Assembly: GCA_965112155.1 (NCBI GenBank)
Contig: OZ218099.1
Strand: one strand, 5' to 3'
DNA from: Podarcis liolepis
Lineage: Eukaryota
Length of the DNA: 64,000 bases
Positions within the stretch are counted from its first letter, which is position 1, and each line of letters opens with the position of its first letter. Made by a program: the position numbers and the translations under genes. The notes under the pieces were generated by a model that did no database searches, was not told the DNA's origin, and saw nothing but the letters and a program-made list of their open reading frames with translations. Below, one piece after another: positions 48,201 to 57,600 of the stretch.

Positions 48201-50728
48201 CCAGTCCATAACAGCTGGGCAGGCAGGATGCTCCACTTCAAAGCACTTAAAGCCATGTAGCTAAAATAACCTATAGAGGAGTTGTGGTAAAATGTGGATA
48301 CCTGGGCTAGAAAACCTTTGTGTCACTTCTGTGTGTGCGGATTGAAAGGATCTCATTAGCTATGGGGTGTGTGCCCAAAAATCTGTCCATTCCACCTCTG
48401 GGCAATTATTGTGCCACAAGGAAAGAACAGCCCAGAGCTGGAGAAGGCTGCCTTTCAAGCTTCGGGGGAACAATTTACTAAAATAATCTATATAAGTACA
48501 CAACTACTACTACTTTATTTTAACTGCTTTATTATGCTTACAATAATAAAATACCAATTCCTCCCCCATCACTACCAAAATAGATACATAGTGCTTTCTT
48601 GCCATGTGAATATATTTTTGAGAAGATAAACACTCTAGGATCCAATGTGTGTGTACACCTTTAGCCAGTACTGTGTGCATAATGTTTGCTTGGGAAATTT
48701 GCCATATTTTGTCTCACACTGATTTCAGGAGTTTGTATAGATACAAGAAATCTGCTCCGTATACAAAGCCTTTAAATAGAATGCTGGGGAAACTATTCAA
48801 GCTGTGGAGTGAAGCCAAGTGAGGAGATGAGAGAATTCACTTCACATCCTCCTCTCCCACCCCACCCCCACACTGTTTCCCAAATTACAAATGACTTTTC
48901 CTTTGGGATACACAGGCCTGTGATGCTTGGAAAAAGGAAGCTGAGGAAGCTAATGATCGTGCCAACACGGCAACCATAGAATGTGAGCTAGCCCGGGAGC
49001 AGAGGGAGGCCTTGGAGCTGCAAGTGAAGAAACTCCAGGAGGAAGTGGAGAGGATCCACACTGGCCAGGACCCCCAGTTCCTGCGTTCGCTCTCTGATGT
49101 AGAGACCCTCTCCCTCTCCACACTCTATAATCTCCAAAAACAGCTGCGTGCCAACCTGGAAAGAGTTGATAAGGTAGGTCTTGAGTGAGAAGTCTTGTCC
49201 CACAATTAACTTAGCTTCCTTTTTTGAATCCTTAATAAAAGCAGCAACTGTTCAGTTTGCATTTTTAATCCGTGGTACATTTTGAACCCCATAGACTTGG
49301 CAACCATGAAACGTCCCATTCTTTCTTGGATGGGGGGGGCGTTTTATACTAGAATGCTCTCAGCTAGCAGGCATGGCTTATAACATGGTAATAGGAAAGG
49401 GCATTTCCCTCTGGATCAGAGTATGGTATGTCTGGTACCTGGAAGCAAATCCCACATTGGGCTCCCATGTAATGACTTGGGCCTGTAGAATGTGCTGAAA
49501 TGGCACACACAGACTCCCCATGTTTCCGGGTGGTTGAAGGAAGATGGAAAGGGATTTTATTTGGTAGTACTTGACACTGCCTTAAAAACATTTACGGTCC
49601 CATAGCATTGATCTTGGGGGGGGGTTGGGGGGGGAGTCAAAATGTCATCTTGTTTCCCCCACAAAACCTATACTGCACAGGAGCTGCATACAGTGGTGCC
49701 TCGCAAGACGAAAAGAATCCGTTCTGTGATTCTCTTCGTCTAGCGGTTTTTTCGTCTTGCGAAGCAAGCCCATTGACGGATTAGCGGCTTAGCGGCTTAT
49801 CTGCTGATCGGATCAGCTGATAAGCGGCTTAGAAAAAGGGGGGGAAAGGAAAAAAACCAGCAGGAACTCGCAAGACATTGTCGTCTTGCGAAGCAAGCCC
49901 ATAGGAGATTCGTTTTGCGAAGCACCTCCAAAACGGAAAACCCTTTCGTCTAGCGGGTTTTCCGTCTTGCGAGGCATTCGTCTTGCGGGGCACCACTGTA
50001 TATACATTTCCGTGTGAGATGGGGGTGGGGTGGGTGGGATTGAATTTGCTGTGGGAATGAACACAGACAGTTTGGTGGGGGGGGGGTCCTCTTGCCCACA
50101 CATTCCATAGAGCTGCTTGCTAGGCAAGAGGAGTAACAGCTGTATCCTGTGCATCTTGGGTCCTGGCTGCAGCCTAAGCCACTTCCTTCCTTCAGTGACT
50201 TAACAGAGTCAGCAGGCTGGAGGAGTCACTGCCAGGAGTTCGATATATGCCAAGTTCATGAGGCACGGCTGCCATCTATGTCATTTTGCATGCTGTCTGC
50301 CCAAAGGAACTTTCAGAACAGGTGACGGGAAGAGGCGAGAGGGATGTGGGGAGATAAGCCAGGTCAGGCATAGGAACAGGGCGGCGGTTGCCTCTGCCTC
50401 TTTTGTACTCCAGTTTCTTCCACCGCCCTCCTGAAAATGTCTGTGGGTTCTCCCTTGTCTACTCCTTGTGAATATCTCTGACCTTTTAATGGCTGCCTCA
50501 TGAGTGTACCAGGGCTCTGTTTTGTTTTGCTGACAACCCCTTTGGTTTTGCCCCTCGTTTCTTTCTTTCCAGGCAGTGTTTCAGATGCAGTCGGTGAAAT
50601 GCCTCAAGTGCCAGGAAGAGAACCGGGTGGTACTCCCGTGCCAACACACTGTGCTGTGTGAAACGTGTGCTGAGGAGGGCGAATGCCCCATCTGCCATCC
50701 CAACAGGCCACACACTCTCCAGTCGTGA
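6967..50728 (+). CDS. UNK: RING finger protein unkempt homolog, 16 coding exons, 808 aa (gene span)
   Basis: Exons assembled by hand with GT-AG boundaries and consistent phases, total 2427 nt. Tandem CCCH fingers, Ser-rich region, coiled coil and C3HC4 RING; the sequence matches my recollection of vertebrate UNK. Confidence 0.97.
8476..8716. mobile_element. Tc1/mariner (Tigger-like) MITE nested in a palindromic MITE
   Basis: TA|CAGTGGTACCTC ... GAGGTACCACTG|TA. Confidence 0.85.
9166..9198. repeat. (CA)n microsatellite
   Basis: About 16 AC units. Confidence 0.95.
10075..10253 (-). mobile_element. 5'-truncated BovB (RTE) LINE 3' end with 11-bp TSD
   Basis: Reverse BovB tail (gttgtttagtcgtttagtcgtgtccaactcttcgtgaccccatggac...); ATAACAAGAAT at 10064-10074 and 10254-10264. 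Confidence 0.85.
10396..10719 (-). mobile_element. Sauria SINE, slightly 5'-truncated
   Basis: ggtaaagagacccctgaccattaggtccagtc...gggattcgaacc (tRNA B-box); ACCTTT-type tail. Confidence 0.88.
11438..11762. mobile_element. Partial Tc1/mariner-type MITE with internal 157-bp tandem duplication
   Basis: Right TIR ...TAGAGCGAAAAATACGG|TA, same as the 22119 element; unit repeated at 11441 and 11598. Confidence 0.7.
13800..14060 (-). mobile_element. Degraded L2-like LINE fragment
   Basis: ggctttaaagatcaaaaccagtatcttgaactgggctcagaaa resembles reptile L2 sequence as recalled. Confidence 0.5.
18243..18960. mobile_element. Cluster of tRNA-derived (Squam3-like) SINE fragments in both orientations, interrupted by MITEs
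   Basis: gggggctgtagttcag head, a reverse aggaagccaccttatac tail, and tgctgagctagatg...tataagg tail. Confidence 0.55.
18386..18611. mobile_element. Tc1/mariner (Tigger-like) MITE, same family as 5860-6085
   Basis: TA|CAGTGGTACCT ... GAGGTACCACTG|TA; shared interior. Confidence 0.85.
21413..22083 (-). mobile_element. 5'-truncated L1/Tx1-clade LINE: ORF2 C-terminus, 3'UTR, A-rich tail, 12-bp TSD
   Basis: Peptide LLSAARNIITRHW...W...EKLT...F..VWLPF; AATAAA plus A-tail near 21413-21434; GGCAGACCCTTT at 21401-21412 and 22084-22095. Confidence 0.78.
22119..22287. mobile_element. Tc1/mariner-type MITE
   Basis: TA|CCGTATTTTTCGC ... AAAAAATACGG|TA. Confidence 0.82.
23248..23486. mobile_element. Truncated Tigger-like MITE
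   Basis: ggaatccgttccggaag interior shared with the 8476 family; degenerate right TIR ending ACTG|TA. Confidence 0.6.
23990..24670 (+). mobile_element. Degraded L2-like LINE fragments just upstream of UNK exon 2
   Basis: cttaatccagataagacagaggtcctgtgg (LNPDKTEVLW) and tctaggctggacaactgcaat (SRLDNCN) are L2 ORF2-like motifs. Confidence 0.65.
24740..24949 (+). CDS. UNK: UNK exon 2 (YLKEFRTEQCPLF...GICPEGDE; ZnF1 and start of ZnF2)
   Basis: tttttacag|A ... GA|gtaagt; 210 nt. Confidence 0.97.
25392..25568 (+). CDS. UNK: UNK exon 3 (CPFLHRTTGDTERRYH...SPVYDIR)
   Basis: cctgtag|G ... AG|gttagt; 177 nt. Confidence 0.97.
27063..27193 (+). CDS. UNK: UNK exon 4 (ELQAMEALQNGQ...EEPRWQ)
   Basis: ccctaag|G ... 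AAG|gtgagt; 131 nt. Confidence 0.96.
27326..27461 (+). CDS. UNK: UNK exon 5 (DTTYVLGNYKTEQCKKPPRLCRQGYACPYYHNSKDRRRSPRKHKYR)
   Basis: cttcacag|A ... AG|gtacag; 136 nt. Confidence 0.96.
27652..28033. mobile_element. hAT-like MITE
   Basis: CAGGGGTGAGAAC ... GTTCTCCACCCCTG termini; TSD degenerate. Confidence 0.6.
28358..28393. repeat. (ATATA)n microsatellite
   Basis: About 7 TAATA units. Confidence 0.9.
29275..29392 (+). CDS. UNK: UNK exon 6 (SSPCPSVKHGDEWGDP...QQFHPE)
   Basis: ttatgcag|G ... GAG|gtacag; 118 nt. Confidence 0.96.
30092..30512 (-). mobile_element. Solo LTR (421 bp) with 5-bp TSD
   Basis: CATGG|TGTCAGG ... CCTGACA|CATGG; AATAAA on the minus strand near 30160. Confidence 0.85.
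31098..31182 (+). CDS. UNK: UNK exon 7 (IYKSTKCNDMQQSGSCPRGPFCAFAHVE; ZnF6)
   Basis: cccccag|A ... AAC|gtaggt; 85 nt. Confidence 0.96.
33032..33174 (+). CDS. UNK: UNK exon 8 (QPPLNEELQ...SPQAPDLSN)
   Basis: ttcttacag|A ... AAT|gtacgt; 143 nt. Confidence 0.94.
34206..34253 (+). CDS. UNK: Candidate alternative 48-nt UNK cassette exon (VWNKPGTLPTSPTSTT)
   Basis: tgtctttgtctttgactgtag| acceptor, ACA|gtaagt donor, phase 0-0, no stop codon. Confidence 0.65.
34455..34645 (+). mobile_element. CR1-like LINE 3' end
   Basis: aataccagttgctggga...ggcatctggttgtccactgtgaga...tgatccagcaggctctt resembles squamate CR1 3'UTR; similar piece at about 32510-32612. Confidence 0.6.
35713..35913 (+). CDS. UNK: UNK exon 9 (ILCRNSSLGSPSN...AEYLKNFKCQ)
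   Basis: ccattag|A ... CAG|gtaggt; 201 nt. Confidence 0.94.
36325..36454 (+). mobile_element. Penelope-like retroelement 3' fragment with 10-bp TSD
   Basis: ctgaagaagtg...cacgaaagctta...gttggtctctaaggtgctactgga...caacacggctacc; CCTGAAAAAA at 36315-36324 and 36455-36464. Confidence 0.75.
37078..37143 (+). CDS. UNK: UNK exon 10 (AKIKSHSLEHRTQEQPLLQPKQ); alternative start at 37075
   Basis: ctgcagcag|G ... CAG|gtatgt; 66 or 69 nt. Confidence 0.93.
37718..38264. mobile_element. Tc1/mariner (Tigger-like) MITE with GC-rich internal repeats
   Basis: TA|CAGTGGTGCCTCGCAAGAC ... GTCTTGCGGGGTACCACTG|TA. Confidence 0.85.
38560..38734 (+). CDS. UNK: UNK exon 11 (DILGILPVGSPL...GMNANALPFYPTSDTVESVI)
   Basis: ctctttcag|G ... 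TAG|gtaata; 175 nt. Confidence 0.96.
40725..40826 (+). CDS. UNK: UNK exon 12 (ESALDDLDLNEFGVAALEKTFDSSSVPHTSGIMI)
   Basis: ctggcag|A ... TAG|gtacat; 102 nt. Confidence 0.96.
43132..43320 (+). CDS. UNK: UNK exon 13 (GGSLLQSSAPVNIPGS...SASHGSL)
   Basis: ttgtccag|G ... TAG|gtaaat; 189 nt. Confidence 0.96.
43740..43925. mobile_element. Degraded palindromic MITE related to 45417-45619
   Basis: CAGAGTTGCTGCTGTTTACCAGGAG / CTCCTGGCAAACAGCAGTGACTCTG inverted pair; shared core CACACCAGCAGGAGCACT. Confidence 0.55.
45417..45619. mobile_element. Palindromic hAT-like MITE
   Basis: CAGTAGTG...GGGGTGGAGCTGC / GCAGCTCCACCCC...CACTACTG; flanks AAGAGCAG and GAGAGCAC (6/8 match). Confidence 0.6.
46776..46957 (+). 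CDS. UNK: UNK exon 14 (GLNGMNSSIWEHF...EESWKQAKQ)
   Basis: gaaacag|G ... CAG|gtagcg; 182 nt. Confidence 0.96.
47602..48213 (-). mobile_element. Solo LTR (612 bp) with 5-bp TSD
   Basis: GCTGG|TGTTA ... TAACA|GCTGG; orientation is tentative. Confidence 0.82.
48916..49173 (+). CDS. UNK: UNK exon 15 (ACDAWKKEAEE...RANLERVDK; coiled coil)
   Basis: tacacag|G ... AAG|gtaggt; 258 nt. Confidence 0.96.
49691..49998. mobile_element. Tc1/mariner (Tigger-like) MITE with the same TIR as 37718
   Basis: TA|CAGTGGTGCCTCGCAAGACG ... CGTCTTGCGGGGCACCACTG|TA. Confidence 0.85.
50573..50728 (+). CDS. UNK: UNK exon 16, RING finger and stop (AVFQMQSVKCLKC...CPICHPNRPHTLQS*)
   Basis: tttccag|G; C3HC4 pattern; TGA at 50726-50728. 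Confidence 0.97.
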   Translation, partial: AVFQMQSVKCLKCQEENRVVLPCQHTVLCETCAEEGECPICHPNRPHTLQS

Positions 50729-50778
50729 CCCTACTAGGACATTTGGTTTAGCATATCACACATAGAACTTTTTAACTT

Positions 50779-50841
50779 TATATATATATATATATATATA
50801 TATAATATGAATATATATATATGAATATATATATATATATA
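50779..50841. repeat. Interrupted (TA)n microsatellite in the UNK 3'UTR
   Basis: Read directly. Confidence 0.9.
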
Positions 50842-53551
50842 CATAAAAACAAAAATTAGTTGCAGAGCACTTTTTAATACTTTGCATCTCCCATTTAAAG
50901 GTTCCCCCACTCACCCAGTCCTGCTAAGTCTAACTCCTTAGGGACTTTTATGGCTGTTTTTATGTAGATCAAAGGGCAGTTTGCAGAGTTTGTTTCCCCT
51001 CTCTCCCCCCACCCCTATTTAGGATGTAACCCTTTTTTAGTCTTTTCTGAATAAAGATTTAGAGGGAAGGGGAAGAGGGGCTTGCAAGTGCTTTCCAGGG
51101 TGAGGACTGGATCTGTGGGGAGAAGAGACACGGAAATCAAATTTCTGATCATGTCTTCGTCCTCCTTCTCTTGGCTCTTACTTCATCATCATTTTCATCT
51201 TTTTAAAGCAGCTGACATGCTCTTAGCCTAACAACAAGAGAATCCCCTTTGCAGTTCTTCCCCGTTGAGAGCTTCAGGCATTCAGAACTCTTGTTGGCCT
51301 TCAGTATGGGTGAGGATCTTTGGATATCTGTTTGAAAAACATGCATTCGCTTTTTAAAAGTTTTTTTACAGACTTGTAGGTTTCTACCAAAGCAACAAAA
51401 GGAGCAAAATTTCAAACAAACCAGTGATGGCAGTCACAATAGTTTTACTCAAAAGCATTACTTATCAGTGGAACTTCGTAAAGAGGAAAAGTCTGAGTTG
51501 GTGGTCTGTATTCTCTTGGCAATTAGGATGTGCTTCAGAGCTGTGGGTAATGCAAATGGAAGGCATTCTAGGTCGCAGGTAGAGGTGGAAGTGTGAAAGG
51601 ATGAAGACCTGCTTTGGAAAAGCCTGGCGGGGGTATTCTTCCTAGGCTTTGTTTTCATTGATAATTAAATGGAGGTAGATGGAACCTTTTAAACTTTTTT
51701 AGTCTGCCTAATACAGGCCTGCATAACTTGTGACCCACCAGTTAGGTAGAGTGGCCCTTTGGGATTAAATCAGTTTCCTGTTTTTGTCTGCCTGCCTGGG
51801 ACTGCAGAAATGGGGTATTGGTCAAGTATCTGGCTAGAGGGTACAATGTTCAGTTGGTCTACATTTGGTCAGCTGATGCCGTGTTACTCACCCTAAACCT
51901 AATACTTGGTACTTCCTGATGGGTAGAAACAATATGTCTCTTCCGCTGCTGTTCCCATACCACGAATGGTACTGTTACCAGCGTCGCGGTGTAACATATC
52001 CACCCTATAGTTCAGACAAGGGTTGGTTTTTTGCTTTGAGTGTTAAGAAAAAATCATTCAGGTTTTTTACAGAGCAAGCTCATCTGTTTGCCCTGGACAG
52101 CACTTTGTGTTGCTAGCATACAGTAAGATGTGGTGCACCACCATGAACTTGGGGAATGTAGAATGTGATAGAGGAGCGGGGGACATTTTCAGAAGTTAAC
52201 ACTGTGTGTTTCTATATTGCTGCCAAAAATTTGGAGTTGCATACTGAATTGAAACATGGATTTCCTTCAGATGTAATTTCTGCAAAGTAATAGCGAAGAT
52301 ATTGCGAGGAAGAAATAATTTTAAATTCACAGCCATGGGACAAACACAGAATTTTGCAAATGTTCAGGGACCCCAATATGAAAATGTTTCCAGTGGCAAG
52401 AAATAGATTCACAAAATGCAGAACTGGGAGCAGGCAAACAGAGAATCCAAGATATTGGAATATCCTCTCTTGAAAGATTAGCTAGCTGCTTAGGTGTCAA
52501 GTGGAGTTACGTTCCTAATCCGCTTCACGTTCTTCTGATTTATAGTGAATGCCATGAGGCCATACTTAAAGCGCTGTTCGTAGGCAAGAAAAGATGGGGT
52601 TGCCCAGAGTCCACAGTGTTTCACTTCTCAAATACATTCCTTTTCCTTCTGACTAGGGAAACCTTCTTACTCTTCTATCTTACTCCTCACTAGTTTAGGT
52701 TTCCGGTGAAGCTAGCCTGTCTTCTTTGCAGGAGGATATCGTTGGTTGTGATCCCTGTTTAGGTATGGACGATCTGGGGACACCCAAGGCTTTCTATAGT
52801 CTTAGGCTGCGTCTGGGATCAGTTGTGTTTGGTCCATTTGAATTGTGTGCAGTCCAATTTTTGTAGCCCAGAGGCTTGGGACCGGTCCCCAACAGATGGG
52901 AACATTCATCAGGCATGTATGTGATACACTGTTTGCACAGCCCAGAGAGTAATTCTGGAGTTGGTGGGGGCCTGATCCTCCTGCCCTTCTGCTTTGGCAT
53001 TAAAAGCACCAAGCCAGAAATGAAAGACGCTCCCATGCAGACATGCTCTTTCTACTGCTCTGCTCATTCTTACGAAAGATAGTCTAGTTGTTCCTTTGGG
53101 TTAGCATCTCTGTTAACTCTGGGTCACCTTAGTGTAGCTGCAAATGCCCTTATTTGGCTGGGTACCTGCAGTAGACAACTTCCATGAAGATGGAGAACAT
53201 TCTCCCAAAACGACCATAAAGCCTGAGTCTATAAATGCATTCCTCCTTAATATTGGGTGTGCACTTGCTAGAGAACTATTTAGACCAGAACCATTTGTCA
53301 TGGACAGCATTGACTACTATTTATATTGCCCATCTCTTACTGGGCACAGTGCATCTAGCCTTGAGGGATACATTTCATAGGTTGGGCTTTTTATACAAAT
53401 AGACAGAAATCTTTTTGGGTCCCAAGCAACCATCAGCTGGATTATTGGAGCAATCATTAATTTATTTCTTGTGCTTTTGTGGGCCAGAATGAATAAGGTT
53501 TCCAAGCTCTGAGCAGAACTTAACTACACCTATTAAAAAAGAAACTTACAG

Positions 53552-53635
53552 TGCAATCCTAAGCATGTTTACTCAGAAGTAAGCACCATTGAATGCAATG
53601 GGGTTTGCCTCCTAGTAAATGTGTTTAGGATTGCA
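53552..53635. mobile_element. Short palindromic squamate MITE (TGCAATCCT...AGGATTGCA)
   Basis: Terminal arms are complementary; related copies at about 8461, 14260, 30805 and 32615. Confidence 0.7.
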
Positions 53636-54613
53636 GCCTCCACTAATAATTTCCATTGAGATTAAATTTGCACTCTTCCCAGAGTGCTTTACAAATGGTG
53701 TTAACTCACTGATTATGTGTTAACCTTTGATTATGTGTGGTAGGCTTCCAGGAATATATATTGGGGCCTAAATCCAACTGACTTTCATTGAAATTTGTGG
53801 TTTGGAATATTTTTTGTGTTAAGCTTGTATCCAGTAAATGTGTCGTCCTGCAGTTCCCGAGTGGTAGAACTCCCACTGCAGTTTGTTTTGACTTGTTCAG
53901 ACATTGTAACAGCCTGTAGGCAACAAAAAGCAACGGTCCAGTCCAGAAGGACTCTAATCTGTCATTTTGAACTGGGGAGTTTGTTTAACATGTAAAAGTG
54001 TAATATTTAGATTTATAATCTCACTCCCTTGCTCACCAGTCTCTGCTTCATTTGCAGTAGTTGACCCACCTTTCCCCAACCTGGAAAAGCACTGGAAACT
54101 CTAAGTTATCATTCTTTTTCATAAGGGTAATCCAGCTACTCACTGTCAGGTTTTTCCTCTGGAGTATTTTCATATTTAATGCAAGTACATCATTAGATTT
54201 GCTTCCACAATTCCACCCTCCCATATTTGGGGGGCTAATATGCATTCCCAGATGATCTCAAAGTGCAGCTCTGTTTAGGATTTTTTTTTTTTAAATTAAC
54301 TTTTATGTTTGGTAAAACTGCTTTTTTTCAATGTGTATATTGTACTAGTATCTGTTGTGTTTTTTTAAAAGAACACCTAATTGGCTTCTTTCTTTTCTTT
54401 TTTGTATGGAGAGACGCTGCTGGCTGACTCTTGTGGTTGTGTTTGTTTTTGGTTGTAGCCTTTGAATGTCTGTGCCATGGGGCTTACCTGGTCTCCAAGG
54501 CCAGCAAACATGCCTCAGTCTTAAGGAAAGCTTGTTTGTTTAAGATATGTGAACATTTTTAAAACATACACACACAAATTTAAATTATGGGGGAGTAATA
54601 ATACTCTGCTGGA

Positions 54614-54667
54614 AATAAAATGTACTAAACTATTTTGGTAACTAACTTAAAGATCATAGGAAATAAA
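54614..54667 (+). terminator. UNK: Tandem AATAAA poly(A) signals, likely a major UNK 3' end
   Basis: AATAAA at 54614-54619 and 54662-54667; U-rich/TGTA sequence upstream, GU-rich sequence downstream from about 54720. Confidence 0.55.
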
Positions 54668-57600
54668 CTCTTTGAATCGGGTCTACAGTGTTTATACAGA
54701 ATTGCAGCCATTTTCAGGCTCTTTGGTGGTAACTGGTTTGTAACACTTAGTTTTGTAAACATTGTGTTTTATTGCTTCCTCTGCCTTTCTATGTGATTGT
54801 CCATAGTGAGACGATGATTTTGTGGGGGGCGATTTGTTTAGTCCTGAATTGCCACAGCTTTGTGTAACTCCAACAGAATCCTACAGAGGGTGTTAGATGT
54901 GTCACTGGTCTCCTCAAGCGTAACTTAGAGGTAGTTTCTTTGTCCTGTTTTTAAGGCCTGGCAACTCTATAGAATCTTGCTGGTTATCAGATTCCTCTTT
55001 CCCACTCCCCACAACACCCCCTAGGCAAATTGCTTTGCTGGTGCGATGCAGGGGAGAAATTATACCAGAGGCAAAAGCCTGTTTACATTTAGTGCCACAG
55101 CCCAATCTGTCTGTTTTATTGTGAAGGACCAAAGAATCCAAAATGGGATTTAAAAAATAAATAAATCTCCCAACCCCACAAATTCCGGACTGCTCCCCAT
55201 CCAATTATGCTTTTTCCTCTACCTCGTCTCTGTCAGTATAATGCATAGGCACGAGGACATAGTAGCAGGCTGGTTTTATCCACACCTGGGAATCGTAGAA
55301 GCCCACGCTTCTCTATCCCATTCTTTAGCTCTTTTAAGACGCACTTTTTTTAGAAAAAAGCCTAGATTTCTATGAATTTTAATATTGAAATGAAATACCT
55401 GAAATGTGAATTCGTTTGTTAGGTACCAAATAGAAAAGCAAAACCAATCTGTTTTGTAACTTTGGGTTAAGTTTCTGCATAGGAATTTTTTGTTTACCGG
55501 GATAGGGTGGGATGAACCATGAATGAGAGGAAATATGCATATTTTTGGTTAACCGAAAGCAAATCTTGATTGAGCTAGTAGTTGCTGATTTGAATAGTAC
55601 CTGCTCAGCACTGGGGTTTTTTTTTTAGGCCAACGGGATTATGTGATTGGGTTTTGCCTGATGCTAAAGCTATTATTTGGTGCTAGAGTAAATCATCCTA
55701 AATGGACAGCCCAAGGAGATGTGCTTGGATTATGAAAGTTCACACACTTCTGAGCAGAATGCCTCTTGTATTCCCTCTCTGGCCTCTATGCCAAGGCCTA
55801 AGGGGGGGGGGAATCATTCCAGAAGTTTGGGGAGGACCTGCTAATATGACTAATTTTACCAGCCAAGGGAATATTGTGGTTGCAAAAACCAGAGTATTCA
55901 AAAAGGCTGGTAGACTTACCTTGATTAGCAGCAGAGAACTATCAGGTAGCTGAAGAATTAGTAGAGAAATAAGTGTTAAGAATTAACCTGTATATGCTTC
56001 TTTTAAAACAATTGGCTTTGTGGGGCTGAGGAATTTCCACACATTCGGGCAGATGACCTAGTAATCCTACAGCTCAGAGGTGCTGGGCTACGCTCCTCTA
56101 CTGCCCAACTTCAGCAGAGGGGAAAACGGCACCTAACAGTTTATTGTGGGGAATTGCCTATATGCAGCACACAGGGTCTGGGTTTGCACGTAACACTTAA
56201 GTGATGGCTCAGTGTTACAAGGCTAAGCGGCAGCCCTGCAGTCTCTGGTGCATCCACACAGAGGACTTTGCAAGCTTTCACTTCCATTTTAGACTAACCA
56301 CAGATTCTTGTGACATTTAAATCTGGATAAACTGCATTTAATCTTAACTACAGATAGTGAAAGCAACTTCAAACCATGGTTTATAAAGCTGCCTCTCTCC
56401 ACCCCCATAACCATAGATACAATTAACCTCACTTTACGGTTTGGCTGTAATGTTCAAGCAGAAGGTTCCAGTTTCCTCCTCGTTGCAGTGCTGGAGGTGG
56501 CAAGCAGAGCATACATACCCAGGGTTTCCTTCAGCTTGTCCTTCTAATGCTAAACCATCACTTAGCATCACATGTAAACAGAGCCAGAGACCCCGCACAG
56601 AATTCTTCACAGGAAAATTCCTTTTTCTTTTTAACTTTCCATAAGTCTCCAAGCTTAACCTGAGCCACTTCAAGGGCTGCACAGCTCAGACAAATGAAGA
56701 GAATTTCCTTCCTTAGCATGGAAGGACATAAAGGACTCAACAGTTTAGTGCTGTCCCACTAGACAGACAGGACTTTCCCATATTGGTTCCGTCCCCAAAA
56801 GGGAAAAGTATTTATTACCAGTCTGGGGGGTTTTTCTCATTTTTTCCCTCCTTTTGATTCCCCTCCGGGATTATATCAGCCTTTAGAGCAATGCAACCAG
56901 AAAGTAGATGTTGCTGGCGAAAAGTATTATAAGTGAAGTATTCCTGCAAATTGGTGACTGTGGATCAAAAGATCTCTATGGGGCTTCCCCACTCTGTAGC
57001 TTCCAATGTTTGAAAGAAAAAAAAATATATAAATACATTCTATATAAATTCTTAAAATTACACACTACAGTATTTATGGTGGCAATTCTGAACCAGTCTC
57101 TCTCCTTGGATTTTCCTAGGCAGGGGAGGGTGGAGGGCGGCTGGGACAGAGAGCCGCTCAAGTCTGTGTAGAAGTCAGCCAAAAGGTAATAGGTGGTGTG
57201 TACAATGTGGTGTTTGATTCCATTATTATAGACTGTAATGCGGAACTGTGATTTCAGCTGTTGTTCTTTCTCGTATTCTGTATATATGTGTGTTTGGCTG
57301 TCCAGAAACCTGGTTTTAGACACTCTTTCTTGGCAAAGTGGATTTGCATGTGGAGCTTAAAAAAATGCAATCTTGTGTCACAATTTCCAAGGGCAGGATG
57401 GATTTTCTAGAAGACAATAAATTTTTTTATTTTTTTGCTAAGAAAAAAAAGGCAGCAGTTCTGTGTGTGCATATGTATGTGTGTTTTAGAGTGTATATGT
57501 GGTGTCCATGTGAGTTTTCTTAGTACCCTTTGATCTCTACTTGAAAGCTAGAGAGGTTGGGAGGAGGACCTGCCTAACATTCCGCTAGGAAGGTCTCCTG

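Noticed and set aside
50726-50737. Stop-codon readthrough at UNK TGA-C
   Set aside because: Context is TGA CCC TAC TAG, not TGA CTAG, and an in-frame stop follows two codons later.
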